A stretch of DNA of 46,591 nucleotides from positions 1 to 46,591 of the forward strand of contig CAZXKD010000003.1 in the NCBI GenBank assembly GCA_964641215.1. The letters run 5' to 3'. The stretch comes from an uncultured Gemmatimonadaceae bacterium. Lineage in GTDB: Bacteria > Gemmatimonadota > Gemmatimonadetes > Gemmatimonadales > GWC2-71-9. Below the pieces are notes generated by a model. It searched no databases and was not told where the DNA came from. It saw only the letters and a list, made by a program, of their open reading frames with translations. Shown piece by piece: positions 33,894 to 44,574 of the stretch (position 1 is the stretch's first letter; each line of letters opens with the position of its first letter). The position numbers were made by a program, and so were the translations under genes.

Positions 33894-33898
33894 CCGCG

Positions 33899-34750
33899 AT
33901 GGCGCTCGGAGCGGATCGGTACGCGTCGCGGGCGGACACCTTGCTCTTCCTCGGGTGCGTCGCGTTGTCGCTCGCGGCGATGAGCCTGCCGCCCGCCTGG
34001 CGCGACCCCGTCGCCGCCGCGCTGCGCCAGACGGTCCTCGCGCCGTTCCTGCAGCTGCAGCAGCAGTCGGAGCTGCTGCGGACCTCGCAGAGCCGCTTCG
34101 AGCAGGTCGTCGCCCAGCGCGACTCCGCCGCCCTCGCGGCGACGTTTCTGCCGGAGTTGCGCAACGAGAACACGCGCCTGCGGGCCCTCCTCGGTTTGGG
34201 GCAGCGACTCGGCACCGGGTATACCCCCGCCGAGGTCCTCCACCAGGCCGCTCCCACCGACCCGCTCACGCTCGACGTCTCCGCCGGCCGTCGCCAAGGG
34301 GTCCGCCCGCTTGCCGCCGTCGTGAGTCCCGCAGGCCTCGTGGGGATCGTCTTCGCGGTGGACGCGCAGACGAGCGTGGTCATCACCTGGGCCCACCCGG
34401 AGTTCCGGGCCAGTGCCATGGCGGCTGATGGCAGTGTGTACGGCATCGTGGCGCCGCGCGGCACCGAGGGCCCCGGGGTGTGGCTGCTGGAGCTGCGCGG
34501 CGTGCCGTACCTGCAAGCCATCCCGGTGGGGACGGTGATCCTCACCTCCGGCCTGGGAGGCGTGTTCCCCCGCGGGATTCCGCTCGGCACCGTGATCGGG
34601 GTCGCCCCCGAGACAGAACGCTGGGAGCGGACCTATCTGGTACGGCCCGCCGTCCAGCCCGCCGCGGTCACACATGTGATGATCCTGGGCGGGGCCGGCA
34701 GCCGGCCGGATGCCCAAGGCGCCTTTCCGCCGGGGCCGGAAGCGCCGTGA
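33899..34750 (+). CDS. mreC: rod shape-determining protein MreC
   Basis: The position after mreB fits. It has an N-terminal TM, a coiled-coil (LRNENTRLRALL) and the C-terminal TSGLGGVFPRGIPLG motif. Confidence 0.85.
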   Translation: MALGADRYASRADTLLFLGCVALSLAAMSLPPAWRDPVAAALRQTVLAPFLQLQQQSELLRTSQSRFEQVVAQRDSAALAATFLPELRNENTRLRALLGLGQRLGTGYTPAEVLHQAAPTDPLTLDVSAGRRQGVRPLAAVVSPAGLVGIVFAVDAQTSVVITWAHPEFRASAMAADGSVYGIVAPRGTEGPGVWLLELRGVPYLQAIPVGTVILTSGLGGVFPRGIPLGTVIGVAPETERWERTYLVRPAVQPAAVTHVMILGGAGSRPDAQGAFPPGPEAP

Positions 34751-35244
34751 GACGCAGCGACAAGTATCGGTTCTGGGTGATCCTGGCGATCCTGGTGGCG
34801 CTGCAGTTCTCGGTGCGCAGCCGTCTGGGGGATGAGCGCACCGCGCCCGACTTCCTGCTCCTCGCGCTCCTCATCTACACGATCCGCGCGCAGCCCGGCC
34901 GCAGCGCCGCGGCGGGGTTCCTGGTCGGGCTGCTGCGTGACGCCCTCACGCCGGCCAGTTTCGGGGCCGGAGCCCTCGCCCACACGCTCGTTGGCTACCT
35001 CTCCGCCTGGGGCAAGGCCGTGTTCTTCGCCGAGAACCTGTTCGTCAACGGGTGCCTGTTCTTCGCGGGAACGTGGTTCCGCAACCTCGTGGTGGCGCTG
35101 GCGTCGGGCAAGCTGAAGGGCACGCAGTTGGGCTGGGAGCTGCTCGTGTGGTCACCCCTGCAGAGCCTCACGACCGCGGTCGCGGGGGTGGCCGTGCTGT
35201 GGCTGTTCGGTCGCTGGCTCGCGATCCGGTTGAGCGAGACATGA
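34747..35244 (+). CDS. mreD: rod shape-determining protein MreD
   Basis: GTGA overlap with mreC. It is a small polytopic membrane protein in the canonical position. Confidence 0.72.
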   Translation: MRRSDKYRFWVILAILVALQFSVRSRLGDERTAPDFLLLALLIYTIRAQPGRSAAAGFLVGLLRDALTPASFGAGALAHTLVGYLSAWGKAVFFAENLFVNGCLFFAGTWFRNLVVALASGKLKGTQLGWELLVWSPLQSLTTAVAGVAVLWLFGRWLAIRLSET

Positions 35245-37145
35245 CGGCGTTCCATCCCTTCCGCATGGATCGTCGGCTGCGCGTCGCGCGCGGGATCGTG
35301 TGGGGCACGATGGGCGTGATCGTGCTGGGGTTCTTCCGCGCCCAGATCCTGGAGCACAATCGGTATCAGCTGAAGGCGCGGACCAACCGGCTCAAGGCGA
35401 TCACCCTGCCGGCGCCGCGTGGCGTGATCACCGACCGCCGCGGCGCGATCTTGGCTGAAAACGTACCCGGCTACACGGTGTCCCTGCTGCCGGCCGACAC
35501 CGCCGCGATGCGCGCCACCTTGTGGCGTATCGCTCCGATCGTGAAGCTCGACAGCGCCGCTATTGCCCGCGTTCTGGTACGCTACGTACGGGCGCCCTAC
35601 CAGCCGGCACTCGTGCTCGCCGACGCGCCGTTCAAGGTCGTGTCCACCCTGGAAGAGCGGCGCCTGCTCATCCCGGGCTTGGTGATCCAGACGGAGCCCA
35701 AGCGGCACTACCCGGACAGCGCGAGCGTCGCGCACCTGATCGGTTACGTCGGCGAAATCACCGAGCAGGAGCTCGCGCAGCGGCGCTATTCGGCGCTCGG
35801 GCTCGGTTCGCTCGTCGGCCAGGACGGCCTGGAGCGCGAATACGACGACTCGTTGCGCGGCGCCGACGGCCTCCGCTTCGTGGAAGTGAGCGCCCTGGGG
35901 CATGTGGTGCGCGACCACGGGGCTTCTCCCACCTTGCCGCCGGTGGCAGGCGCGCCGCTGCGCACCTCGATCGACCTGGACCTCCAGCGCTACGTGGCGC
36001 GGATCTTCCCCGCCGGCCAGCGGGGCGCGGTGGTGGCCATGGATCCGAACACCGGGGAGATCCTCGCGCTCTACAGCGCACCGGGATACGACCCGAACCG
36101 GTTCGTGGGTGGCGTGGCGCCGGACTACTGGCGCACGCTGAGTGAGAACGAGGCGCATCCGTTCTTCGACCGCGCCATCCAGGCGCGCTACCCGCCCGGC
36201 TCGACGTGGAAACTGGCCCTCGCGGCGATGGCGCTGCGGCGCGGCATCGTCACGATGCACAGTCACATGCCGATCCCCTGTCGCGGCGGGCTGCAGTACG
36301 GCAACCGCTTCTTCCGCTGCTGGGAGGCGAAGGGGCACGGCGATCTCACGCTCCAGGAGGCGATCGCCCAGAGCTGCGACGTGTTCTTCTATCAGCTGGG
36401 CCTCAAGCTCGGCCTCACCTCCTTGCTCGAGGACGCCAACGCCTGGGGCTTTCGGGGCCGGACCGGCGTCGACCTGCCGGGCGAGATCCCACCCGAGTTC
36501 CCGACGGGCACCGATTATTACGATCGCATCTACGGGGCGCGGCACTGGACCTCCGCCGTCACCCTCAACCTCGCCATCGGCCAGGGCGAAAACGCGCAGA
36601 CGCTGATCAGCATGGTGCGGCTCTACCAGATGCTCGCCAGCGACGGGCGCGAGCACACCCCCTACCTGGTGCACCCGAGCATCCCGTCCGACGTCAGCCT
36701 GGAGCTCTCCGATGAGCAACTCGCCGGCCTGCGTCGGGCGATGATCGCCGTAGTGGAGCGGGGCACGGCCCGCGGCGCCCGCCAGGAAGCGATCACCATC
36801 GCGGGCAAGACCGGCACGGCGCAGAACCCCCACGGCCCGAACCACGGGTGGTTCATCGGGTTCGCGCCGGCCGACAAACCGCGGATCGTCGTAGGCGCGG
36901 TCATCGAGTTCGCCCGAGAGGGGCCGTACGTGGCGCCCCTCGTCGCCCGGGTGATTGCGCGCTACCTGGGTGCGGATACCACGGCCGCGTCCGCCGTCCG
37001 GATGGTGCTGCCGTCGGACACCGCGCCCCTCACCGTGCAGGTGCTCCCCAGCGCGGTGCCCGACAGTGGCCCGCGCGACACGCTCCCGCGAGACACCACG
37101 CGCAGAGACACGACCCGTGTTCTCCCGACTCCGCGAAATCGATAA
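35241..37145 (+). CDS. mrdA: penicillin-binding protein 2 (elongasome transpeptidase)
   Basis: ATGA overlap with mreD. It has an N-terminal TM, PRG.I.DR.G, active-site STWK (PGSTWK), SCD and KTGTAQ motifs. The C-terminal tail carries 3 x (xRDTx). Confidence 0.9.
   Translation: MTAFHPFRMDRRLRVARGIVWGTMGVIVLGFFRAQILEHNRYQLKARTNRLKAITLPAPRGVITDRRGAILAENVPGYTVSLLPADTAAMRATLWRIAPIVKLDSAAIARVLVRYVRAPYQPALVLADAPFKVVSTLEERRLLIPGLVIQTEPKRHYPDSASVAHLIGYVGEITEQELAQRRYSALGLGSLVGQDGLEREYDDSLRGADGLRFVEVSALGHVVRDHGASPTLPPVAGAPLRTSIDLDLQRYVARIFPAGQRGAVVAMDPNTGEILALYSAPGYDPNRFVGGVAPDYWRTLSENEAHPFFDRAIQARYPPGSTWKLALAAMALRRGIVTMHSHMPIPCRGGLQYGNRFFRCWEAKGHGDLTLQEAIAQSCDVFFYQLGLKLGLTSLLEDANAWGFRGRTGVDLPGEIPPEFPTGTDYYDRIYGARHWTSAVTLNLAIGQGENAQTLISMVRLYQMLASDGREHTPYLVHPSIPSDVSLELSDEQLAGLRRAMIAVVERGTARGARQEAITIAGKTGTAQNPHGPNHGWFIGFAPADKPRIVVGAVIEFAREGPYVAPLVARVIARYLGADTTAASAVRMVLPSDTAPLTVQVLPSAVPDSGPRDTLPRDTTRRDTTRVLPTPRNR
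37071..37115 (+). repeat. 3 x 15-nt tandem repeat in the mrdA tail
   Basis: The units are ccgcgcgacacgctc / ccgcgagacaccacg / cgcagagacacgacc, giving PRDTL PRDTT RRDTT. The repeat ends 1 nt before the proposed rodA GTG. Confidence 0.75.
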
Positions 37146-38364
37146 GCCGGCCCTCGGGGTCACGCTGGCGCTCGCGGCGTACGGCCTCGCCACACTGTAT
37201 TCGGCGGGACAGACCGAGGTCCCCACCGGCGTCGCCACTATCTGGATCCGGCAGGTTCTCTGGCTCGCCGTGGGCGCCCTCGCTGCCACCCTGATGTTCC
37301 GTACCTCGCCGCGACTGCTCGAGTGGGCGTCCCCCTACGTGTACGCGGCGGTGGTGCTGCTGCTCATGGTCACCCTGGTCATCGGCACGGGGGCGGGAAC
37401 CGCCGCGGGGAGCAAGTCCTGGATCACCATCGCCGGCCACCGCTTGGGCCAGCCCTCCGAGCTCGGCAAGCTTGCCCTCATCCTGATGCTGGCGCGCTGG
37501 CTCGCCGACCGTCGGGAGCCACCCGCCACCCTGCGGGAGCTGCTCTATCCCGGGGTCATCCTCGGGATCCCGTTCGTGTTGGTCATGCTGCAGCCCGATC
37601 TGGGGAGCGCCATCGTGTTCGTGACGATCCTGTTCGCGATGCTCTTCTGGGCCGGGACCAAGCCCCAGTTGCTGGTCCTCCTCGCGTCGCCCGCCATCGG
37701 CTTGATCCTGGCGTTCTCGACCATCGCCTGGGGGGCCTGGATCGTCCTGCTGTTCGCCTTGCTGCTGTGGTGGCGGCCCTATGTCTGGGAAGGCTTGACC
37801 GTCATGATGGCCAATGTGCTGATGGGGGTCGTGGCCCTCCCGTTCTGGCGTCATCTCGCCCCGTATCAGCAGAATCGCCTGCTCGCATTCCTCAACCCGG
37901 AAGTCGACCCTCGTGCCACCGGCTGGCACGTGATCCAGTCCAAGGTGGCTGTGGGGTCAGGGGGCTTCCTCGGGGAGGGGTTCACCCTGGGCAGCCAGAA
38001 GCGGCTCGCCTTCCTCCCCGCTCAACACACCGACTTCATCTTCTCGGTGGTGGGAGAGGAACTGGGCTTCGTCGGGGTGGTCGTCGCCTTGGCGCTGTTC
38101 ATGGCGCTGTTGCTCGTCCTGCTGCGTATCGCCCGCCGGGCCACGGATCCCTACTCCAGCCTATGCGTCTTCGGCATCGCGGGCCTGCTGTTCACTCACA
38201 TCGTCGAGAACATCGGGATGACGGTCAATCTCCTCCCCATCACCGGAATCCCCCTGCCGTTCTTTTCCTATGGGGGCTCGTTCTTGCTGACGTGCTCGAT
38301 AGGAGTGGGGATGGCGCTGCGCGTCGCCTGGGAGTCCCGCCAGAGCGGGTACACTGAGCTTTGA
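37117..38364 (+). CDS. rodA: peptidoglycan glycosyltransferase RodA (SEDS)
   Basis: GTG 37117 overlaps the mrdA end by 29 nt. QPSE..K, LQPDLG, the H.DFIF...GEE.GF.G motif and LP.TG.PLPF.SYGGS are present. Confidence 0.9.
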   Translation: MFSRLREIDKPALGVTLALAAYGLATLYSAGQTEVPTGVATIWIRQVLWLAVGALAATLMFRTSPRLLEWASPYVYAAVVLLLMVTLVIGTGAGTAAGSKSWITIAGHRLGQPSELGKLALILMLARWLADRREPPATLRELLYPGVILGIPFVLVMLQPDLGSAIVFVTILFAMLFWAGTKPQLLVLLASPAIGLILAFSTIAWGAWIVLLFALLLWWRPYVWEGLTVMMANVLMGVVALPFWRHLAPYQQNRLLAFLNPEVDPRATGWHVIQSKVAVGSGGFLGEGFTLGSQKRLAFLPAQHTDFIFSVVGEELGFVGVVVALALFMALLLVLLRIARRATDPYSSLCVFGIAGLLFTHIVENIGMTVNLLPITGIPLPFFSYGGSFLLTCSIGVGMALRVAWESRQSGYTEL

Positions 38365-38445
38365 CAATGGGTTACGCGCTCGGGACTGGCGTATCCCCCA
38401 GGCCACTCCCAAATTGTGCCCTTCCCGATCCCCTCCACCGCCCGA

Positions 38446-39303
<858 letters not shown>

Positions 39304-39308
39304 ACCGG

Positions 39309-40538
39309 TTGTCCTTCGCGGACGCCTGCCGTTTTCTCTTTCCCCGACAAGCCGGCCGCATCAAGTGGAGCCTCGGACCCACCGAGGCGCTGCTCGACGC
39401 GCTCGGTCATCCGGAGCGCCAGTTTCCATCCGTCCACGTCGGCGGGACCAACGGCAAGGGGTCTACCTGCGCCTTCATCGCCGCGGAGCTCCGGAGCCGG
39501 GGGTTTCGGGTCGGCCTCTATACGTCCCCGCACCTCGTCTCCGTGTGCGAGCGTATGACGGTGAACGACCGACCGATCTCCGAAGACGCGTTCGCCGAGT
39601 GGACCGCCATTCTCCGGCCCCACATCGAGCGAACGGAGGCCAGCTTCTTCGAGGCGACCACGGCGATCGCATTCGCGGACCTGGCGGCTCGTGGGGTGGA
39701 CATCGCGGTGGTCGAGGTGGGACTGGGCGGGCGGCTGGACAGTACGAACGTCATCACGCCGCTGGCGAGCGTCGTCACCAAGATCGCCCTGGAACACACG
39801 GACTACCTCGGGCACGACCTCAGGGGCATCGCCCGGGAGAAGGCGGGCATCGCCAAGCCCGCCGTACCGTTCATTACCGGAGAGCGGGATCCGGAGATCC
39901 GTGAGGTCCTGATGCGCGAGGCGGAAGCGCGGGATGCGGACCCGATCGTCCTGGTGCACACCGCCCGCGCTCCGCGACCGGGGACGCGGCTTGGGCTGCG
40001 CGGCCCGCACCAGTGGGCGAACGCGTGGGTCGCGCTGGCGGCCCTCAACGCCCTGCCGGCCCCGTTCGGGCTCGCTGGAGACGACGTGCCCGCCAGCTTC
40101 GCCGCGGCACACGTCACCGGGCGATTCGACGTCCGGGCCGGCGGCCGATGGATTTTCGACGTGGCCCATAACCCCGACGGGATCGAGGTGCTGGTCGCGG
40201 CGTTGCGGGACTACGGCCCGAGGCGCCCGATTCACGCCCTGGTGGGCATCCGCAACGACAAGGAGTGGCGCCCCATGCTGGCGCGGCTGCTGCCGGAAGT
40301 GGACCGGGTGGTGCTCACGGTGGCGCCCACGGTGCCGGGGCATCAACGCTGGATGCAAGCGGAGCTCGGTGGGTGGACCAACGATCGCGTGATTGGCCAA
40401 CCGGTGGTGTTCGAGCCGGATTTTGTCCGGGCGCTCGAGCTGGTGCAGGAGGGCGCGGCGACGACGCTCGTGACCGGCTCGTTCCACACCGTCGGCGACG
40501 CGCTCGCCGCCTTGCCGGGGTTTGCGCCGGTCGGCTAA
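39309..40538 (+). CDS. folC: bifunctional folylpolyglutamate synthase / dihydrofolate synthase
   Basis: TTG start 6 nt after accD. HVGGTNGKGST (P-loop), EVGLGGRLDSTNV and HNPDG are present. The accD-folC pairing is conserved in many bacteria. Confidence 0.88.
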   Translation: MSFADACRFLFPRQAGRIKWSLGPTEALLDALGHPERQFPSVHVGGTNGKGSTCAFIAAELRSRGFRVGLYTSPHLVSVCERMTVNDRPISEDAFAEWTAILRPHIERTEASFFEATTAIAFADLAARGVDIAVVEVGLGGRLDSTNVITPLASVVTKIALEHTDYLGHDLRGIAREKAGIAKPAVPFITGERDPEIREVLMREAEARDADPIVLVHTARAPRPGTRLGLRGPHQWANAWVALAALNALPAPFGLAGDDVPASFAAAHVTGRFDVRAGGRWIFDVAHNPDGIEVLVAALRDYGPRRPIHALVGIRNDKEWRPMLARLLPEVDRVVLTVAPTVPGHQRWMQAELGGWTNDRVIGQPVVFEPDFVRALELVQEGAATTLVTGSFHTVGDALAALPGFAPVG

Positions 40539-40547
40539 ATTCTTGCG

Positions 40548-41834
40548 ATGCAAGGACAAGCCCTCCCAGGCTTTCGCGACTTTTACCCTGACGACTTAGC
40601 CCTCCGGAACTACATCTTCGCGACGTGGCGTGAGGTGGCACGGCGCTACGGCTTCCAGGAGTACGACGGCCCGCCGCTCGAGTCGCAGGAGCTGTACACG
40701 GACAAGAGCGGTGAGGAGATCGTGCAACAACTGTATGCGTTCCCCGACAAGGGGGGGCGGCCAGTGGCCTTGCGTCCGGAGATGACGCCGACGCTGGCGC
40801 GCATGGTGGGAGCGCGGGCCCAAGCGCTGAAGAAGCCGATGCGCTGGTTCTCGATCCCGCAATTGTTCCGCTACGAGCGGCAACAACGCGGCCGGTTGCG
40901 GGAGCATTTCCAGCTCAACATGGACATCATCGGGGAGTCCGCACCCGCCGCCGATGCCGAGATCATGGCAGCGGCGCTGGACGTCATGCGGGCCTTCGAC
41001 CTCGGCCCCCAGCACGTCCGTCTGCGCCTGTCGGATCGCCGGATTCTCACGTCCGAGTTGCGGCAGAGGCACGGGGTTTCTGATGAGGAAATGCCTGGGG
41101 TACTCGATGCCTTGGACAAGTGGCAGGCACGCGCGCCGGCGGAGGCTGAGGCACGCCTGCATAAGGCGCTGGGCGAGAGCGCAGACCGCTTGGCCTCGAT
41201 CTATGGTTTCCTCGGCGCTCTTGGGACTCACGACCAGGCCCTGACCAGAGCATTGCTCGACTCCCCTCACGCCGAGCCGCTCAATCAGGCCCTCCGTGGC
41301 CTCGAGGCGATGGGGCTGGACCAATTCGTCGAGGTCGATTTCCGGATTGTACGGGGGCTCGCCTACTACACGGGCATCGTGTTCGAGCTCTACGACGTCC
41401 ATCAGTCGCTGCGCGCGATCTGCGGCGGTGGCCGCTACGACGACCTGCTCGAGCAGATCTCCGGCATCGATCTCCCCTGCGTCGGGTTTGGTATGGGAGA
41501 CGTCGTCCTCGGCGAACTCCTCCGGGAGCATGGGAAGGAGCCCGAGGCGCCGACGCAGCTCGACGCCTTTGTAGTAGCGGTCGGCGGGGAGGACGTGGAC
41601 CCCGTGCTGCAGCTTGCCGCGCAGCTCCGCGGCAGGGGGCTGGCAGTGGAGTACGCGCTCCGGAACCAGCCGATCCGCAAGCAGCTCGAGCTCGCGGCGG
41701 CGCGGGGGGCGCTCCGGGCGGTCATCATTGGCCCCGACGAGCGCAAGGCAAAGGTCGCGATCGTCCGCGACTTGAAGACCGGCCGGCAGCGCCGGGTGTC
41801 GCTGGCGAAGGTGCGGAAGGGAATCTTCCGGTAA
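40548..41834 (+). CDS. hisS: histidine--tRNA ligase
   Basis: G.RDF.P, LRPE.T....R, RYERPQ-like FRYERQQRGR.REF and GGGRYD..L are present, with an anticodon-binding C-terminus. Confidence 0.93.
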   Translation: MQGQALPGFRDFYPDDLALRNYIFATWREVARRYGFQEYDGPPLESQELYTDKSGEEIVQQLYAFPDKGGRPVALRPEMTPTLARMVGARAQALKKPMRWFSIPQLFRYERQQRGRLREHFQLNMDIIGESAPAADAEIMAAALDVMRAFDLGPQHVRLRLSDRRILTSELRQRHGVSDEEMPGVLDALDKWQARAPAEAEARLHKALGESADRLASIYGFLGALGTHDQALTRALLDSPHAEPLNQALRGLEAMGLDQFVEVDFRIVRGLAYYTGIVFELYDVHQSLRAICGGGRYDDLLEQISGIDLPCVGFGMGDVVLGELLREHGKEPEAPTQLDAFVVAVGGEDVDPVLQLAAQLRGRGLAVEYALRNQPIRKQLELAAARGALRAVIIGPDERKAKVAIVRDLKTGRQRRVSLAKVRKGIFR

Positions 41835-43327
41835 TGGCGCAAGCGCAGCGGATCACCCCACGCGCGCAGGACTTCAGCGAGTGGTATAACGACGTGATCA
41901 TGCAGGCCGAGCTGGCGGATTACTCGCCGGTACGGGGCTGCATGGTCATTCGTCCGCTCGGCTATCGCGTCTGGGAGCTGATGCAGCGCGCCCTGGACGA
42001 CATGTTCGCCACGACGGGGCACCGCAACGCGTACTTCCCCGTGTTCATCCCGATGAGCTTCCTGGCCAAAGAGGCCGAGCACGTGGAAGGGTTCGCCAAG
42101 GAAGTCGCGCTGGTGACCCACACGCGGCTCAAAGCCACGGGCAAGACGGGGGCTGGAGCCGTCGCCGTGGACCCGACGTCGGCGTTGGAGGAGCCGCTCG
42201 TGGTTCGGCCCACGTCCGAGACGATCATCTACGCGATGTTCGCCAAGTGGATCCAGAGCTACCGCGACCTGCCGCTGCTCCTGAACCAGTGGTGCAACGT
42301 TGTCCGCTGGGAGCTGCGGACTCGCCTGTTCCTGCGCACGACCGAGTTCCTGTGGCAGGAGGGCCATACCGCACATGCTACCGAGCAGGAGGCGGAGGCG
42401 GAGGCGCGGCTGATCCTGGGCATCTACCGCCGGTTCGCCGAAGAGTGGATGGCGATGCCGGTGCTCACCGGCGTAAAGACCGAGAGCGAGAAGTTCGCCG
42501 GCGCGCTCCGGACGTACGCGATCGAAGCGCTGATGCAGGACAACAAGGCGCTCCAGGCCGGCACGTCCCACAACCTCGGCCAAAACTTCGCCACAGCGTT
42601 CGGCGTGCAGTACCAGACGGCGGCCGGCGGGCTGGAGCACGTGTGGAACACGTCGTGGGGTGTTTCGACCCGCCTCATCGGCGGGTTGATCATGACGCAC
42701 TCCGACGACAATGGGCTGATCGCGCCGCCCAAACTCGCGCCGCTACAGGCGGTGATCGTCCCTATATGGAAGACGGATCAAGAACGGTCCCAGGTGTCAG
42801 GTGTCGGGGATCAGGTGAAAGCGGCTCTGAGCAAGGCAGGCATCAGGGTCGAGCTCGACCTGCGGGACAACGTGAAACCCGGCGCTAAATACTTCGAATG
42901 GGAGGCCAAGGGAGTGCCCCTGCGCCTGGAAATCGGCCCTCGCGATCTGGCGGCGGGGCAGGCGATGGTCGCCCGGCGGACCGGCGGCAAGAGCCCAGTG
43001 AAACTGGACAGCATCGCGGCGGCGGTGACGCAAGCGCTGGCAGAGACCCAGGCGGCCTTGTTCGCCGCGGCCAAACAGCGACGTGAGGAGCACTCGCTCC
43101 GCGGCGCGACGAAGCAGCAGTTCCGGGAATTCATGAAAGGGCCTGGCGGATTCGTGTACGGCGGCTTCTGTGGCGACGCCGCGTGCGAAGCGGCCATCAA
43201 GGCGGAGACTGGGGCCACGGTGCGCGTCCTGCCGGACCCCGAGTTCCGCTCCAAGGAGGTGCCGCGGACGTGCCTGTGGTGCGACCGGCCCAGCGTCGCG
43301 GAGGCGGTGTGGGCGCAGGCGTACTAG
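41834..43327 (+). CDS. proS: proline--tRNA ligase, archaeal/eukaryote-like form (no INS editing domain, C-terminal Zn domain ending in Tyr)
   Basis: The ATG shares one nt with the hisS TAA. FSEWY, RPTSET, WCNV.RWE.RTR.FLRT.EF.WQEGHT, SHNLGQNF and the C-terminal C..C......WAQAY* are present. Confidence 0.93.
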   Translation: MAQAQRITPRAQDFSEWYNDVIMQAELADYSPVRGCMVIRPLGYRVWELMQRALDDMFATTGHRNAYFPVFIPMSFLAKEAEHVEGFAKEVALVTHTRLKATGKTGAGAVAVDPTSALEEPLVVRPTSETIIYAMFAKWIQSYRDLPLLLNQWCNVVRWELRTRLFLRTTEFLWQEGHTAHATEQEAEAEARLILGIYRRFAEEWMAMPVLTGVKTESEKFAGALRTYAIEALMQDNKALQAGTSHNLGQNFATAFGVQYQTAAGGLEHVWNTSWGVSTRLIGGLIMTHSDDNGLIAPPKLAPLQAVIVPIWKTDQERSQVSGVGDQVKAALSKAGIRVELDLRDNVKPGAKYFEWEAKGVPLRLEIGPRDLAAGQAMVARRTGGKSPVKLDSIAAAVTQALAETQAALFAAAKQRREEHSLRGATKQQFREFMKGPGGFVYGGFCGDAACEAAIKAETGATVRVLPDPEFRSKEVPRTCLWCDRPSVAEAVWAQAY

Positions 43328-44574
43328 GGTTCGACCCGGCGCTGCTCCGGGCGATCGCCGAGCGCGTCGGAACCCCGGCCTACGTCTACAGCGTCAATCT
43401 CATCCGCGCTCAGTACCACGCGCTGGACGACGCGCTGCAAGGCTCCCGCCATCGCATCTGCTACTCCGTCAAGGCGAACGGGAACCTGGGTGTGCTGCGC
43501 GTGCTGCAGGGCCTCGGAGCGGGCGCCGACATCGTCTCGGTGGGAGAGCTGCGACGCGTGCTCGCCGCCCGCTTCGATCCCGATGCGATCGTCTTCTCGG
43601 GCGTCGGCAAGACGCCCGCCGAACTGGAGGAAGCGATCCGCGCGCGGGTCGGGTTCCTCAACATCGAGTCGACCAGCGAGCTGGACGTGGTGATCGCCGT
43701 GGCGCGCGAGGTCGGCCAACGCGCGACCGTCGGGATCCGGGTGAACCCCGACGTGGCGGCGGAGACGCATCCGTTCACCAAGACCGGCGAGAAGACCGCC
43801 AAGTTCGGGGTTCCCTTCGACGAGGTCGTGACCCTCGCCGCGCGGATCGCCGGGGAGCCGTTGCTCCGCCTGCGCGCCCTGGCCATGCATCTCGGCTCGC
43901 AGATCACCGACGTCCAGCCCTACCATCGGGGCACGGTCAAGCTGCTCGAGCTCGTGACGGCGATCCGAGCTTCGGGGATCGACACGCTCGAGGCGCTCGA
44001 CGTGGGCGGCGGGCTCGGGGTGCGCTACCACAATGAGAAAGCGCCCAGTCCCGCGGCCTTCGCCGGCGCCGTGTTGCCGGCGGTGAAGGCCGCGGGGCTG
44101 GGGCTGCTGTGCGAGCCGGGTCGCTACCTCGTCGCCAACGCGGGGGTGCTGCTCACCCGGGTGCTCTACCGCAAGCACGCCGGCGGCAAGGAATTCGTGA
44201 TCGTGGACGCCGGGATGACGGATTTCGTGCGCCCCAGCCATTACAACGCGCATCACGAGATCATCCCCATCACCGACGGCAGCCGTGGGGACGACCGGTC
44301 CGAAGAGGTCGTCAGTGTGGTGGGCCCCATCTGCGAATCGGGGGACTTCCTCGCCCTTGATCGGAAGCTGCCGCAAGTGCGACCAGGCGAATACCTGGCT
44401 GTGATGGGGACCGGGGCATACGGCTTCGTCATGAGCTCGACCTACAACGCCCGCCCCCGCCCGCCCGAGGTGGTGGTGGAGGGAGACCGCTACTACGTGG
44501 CGCGCCAGCGCGAGACCCTGGACGATCTGGTGCGCGGCGAGGTCGTCGAACCGACGACCTGGTACCGCCCATGA
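43309..44574 (+). CDS. lysA: diaminopimelate decarboxylase
   Basis: GTG 43309 overlaps the proS end by 19 nt. GTPAYVY, YSVKAN (PLP Lys), HLGSQ, D.GGGLGV.Y, EPGR and GPICESGD are present. Confidence 0.9.
   Translation: MGAGVLGFDPALLRAIAERVGTPAYVYSVNLIRAQYHALDDALQGSRHRICYSVKANGNLGVLRVLQGLGAGADIVSVGELRRVLAARFDPDAIVFSGVGKTPAELEEAIRARVGFLNIESTSELDVVIAVAREVGQRATVGIRVNPDVAAETHPFTKTGEKTAKFGVPFDEVVTLAARIAGEPLLRLRALAMHLGSQITDVQPYHRGTVKLLELVTAIRASGIDTLEALDVGGGLGVRYHNEKAPSPAAFAGAVLPAVKAAGLGLLCEPGRYLVANAGVLLTRVLYRKHAGGKEFVIVDAGMTDFVRPSHYNAHHEIIPITDGSRGDDRSEEVVSVVGPICESGDFLALDRKLPQVRPGEYLAVMGTGAYGFVMSSTYNARPRPPEVVVEGDRYYVARQRETLDDLVRGEVVEPTTWYRP

Noticed and set aside
38361-38366. A perfect TTGACA overlaps the rodA stop and could be an accD promoter -35.
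   Set aside because: No TAnnnT-like -10 hexamer lies at 16-19 nt spacing (gactgg/actggc). accD is more likely co-transcribed or uses a promoter I cannot recognise.
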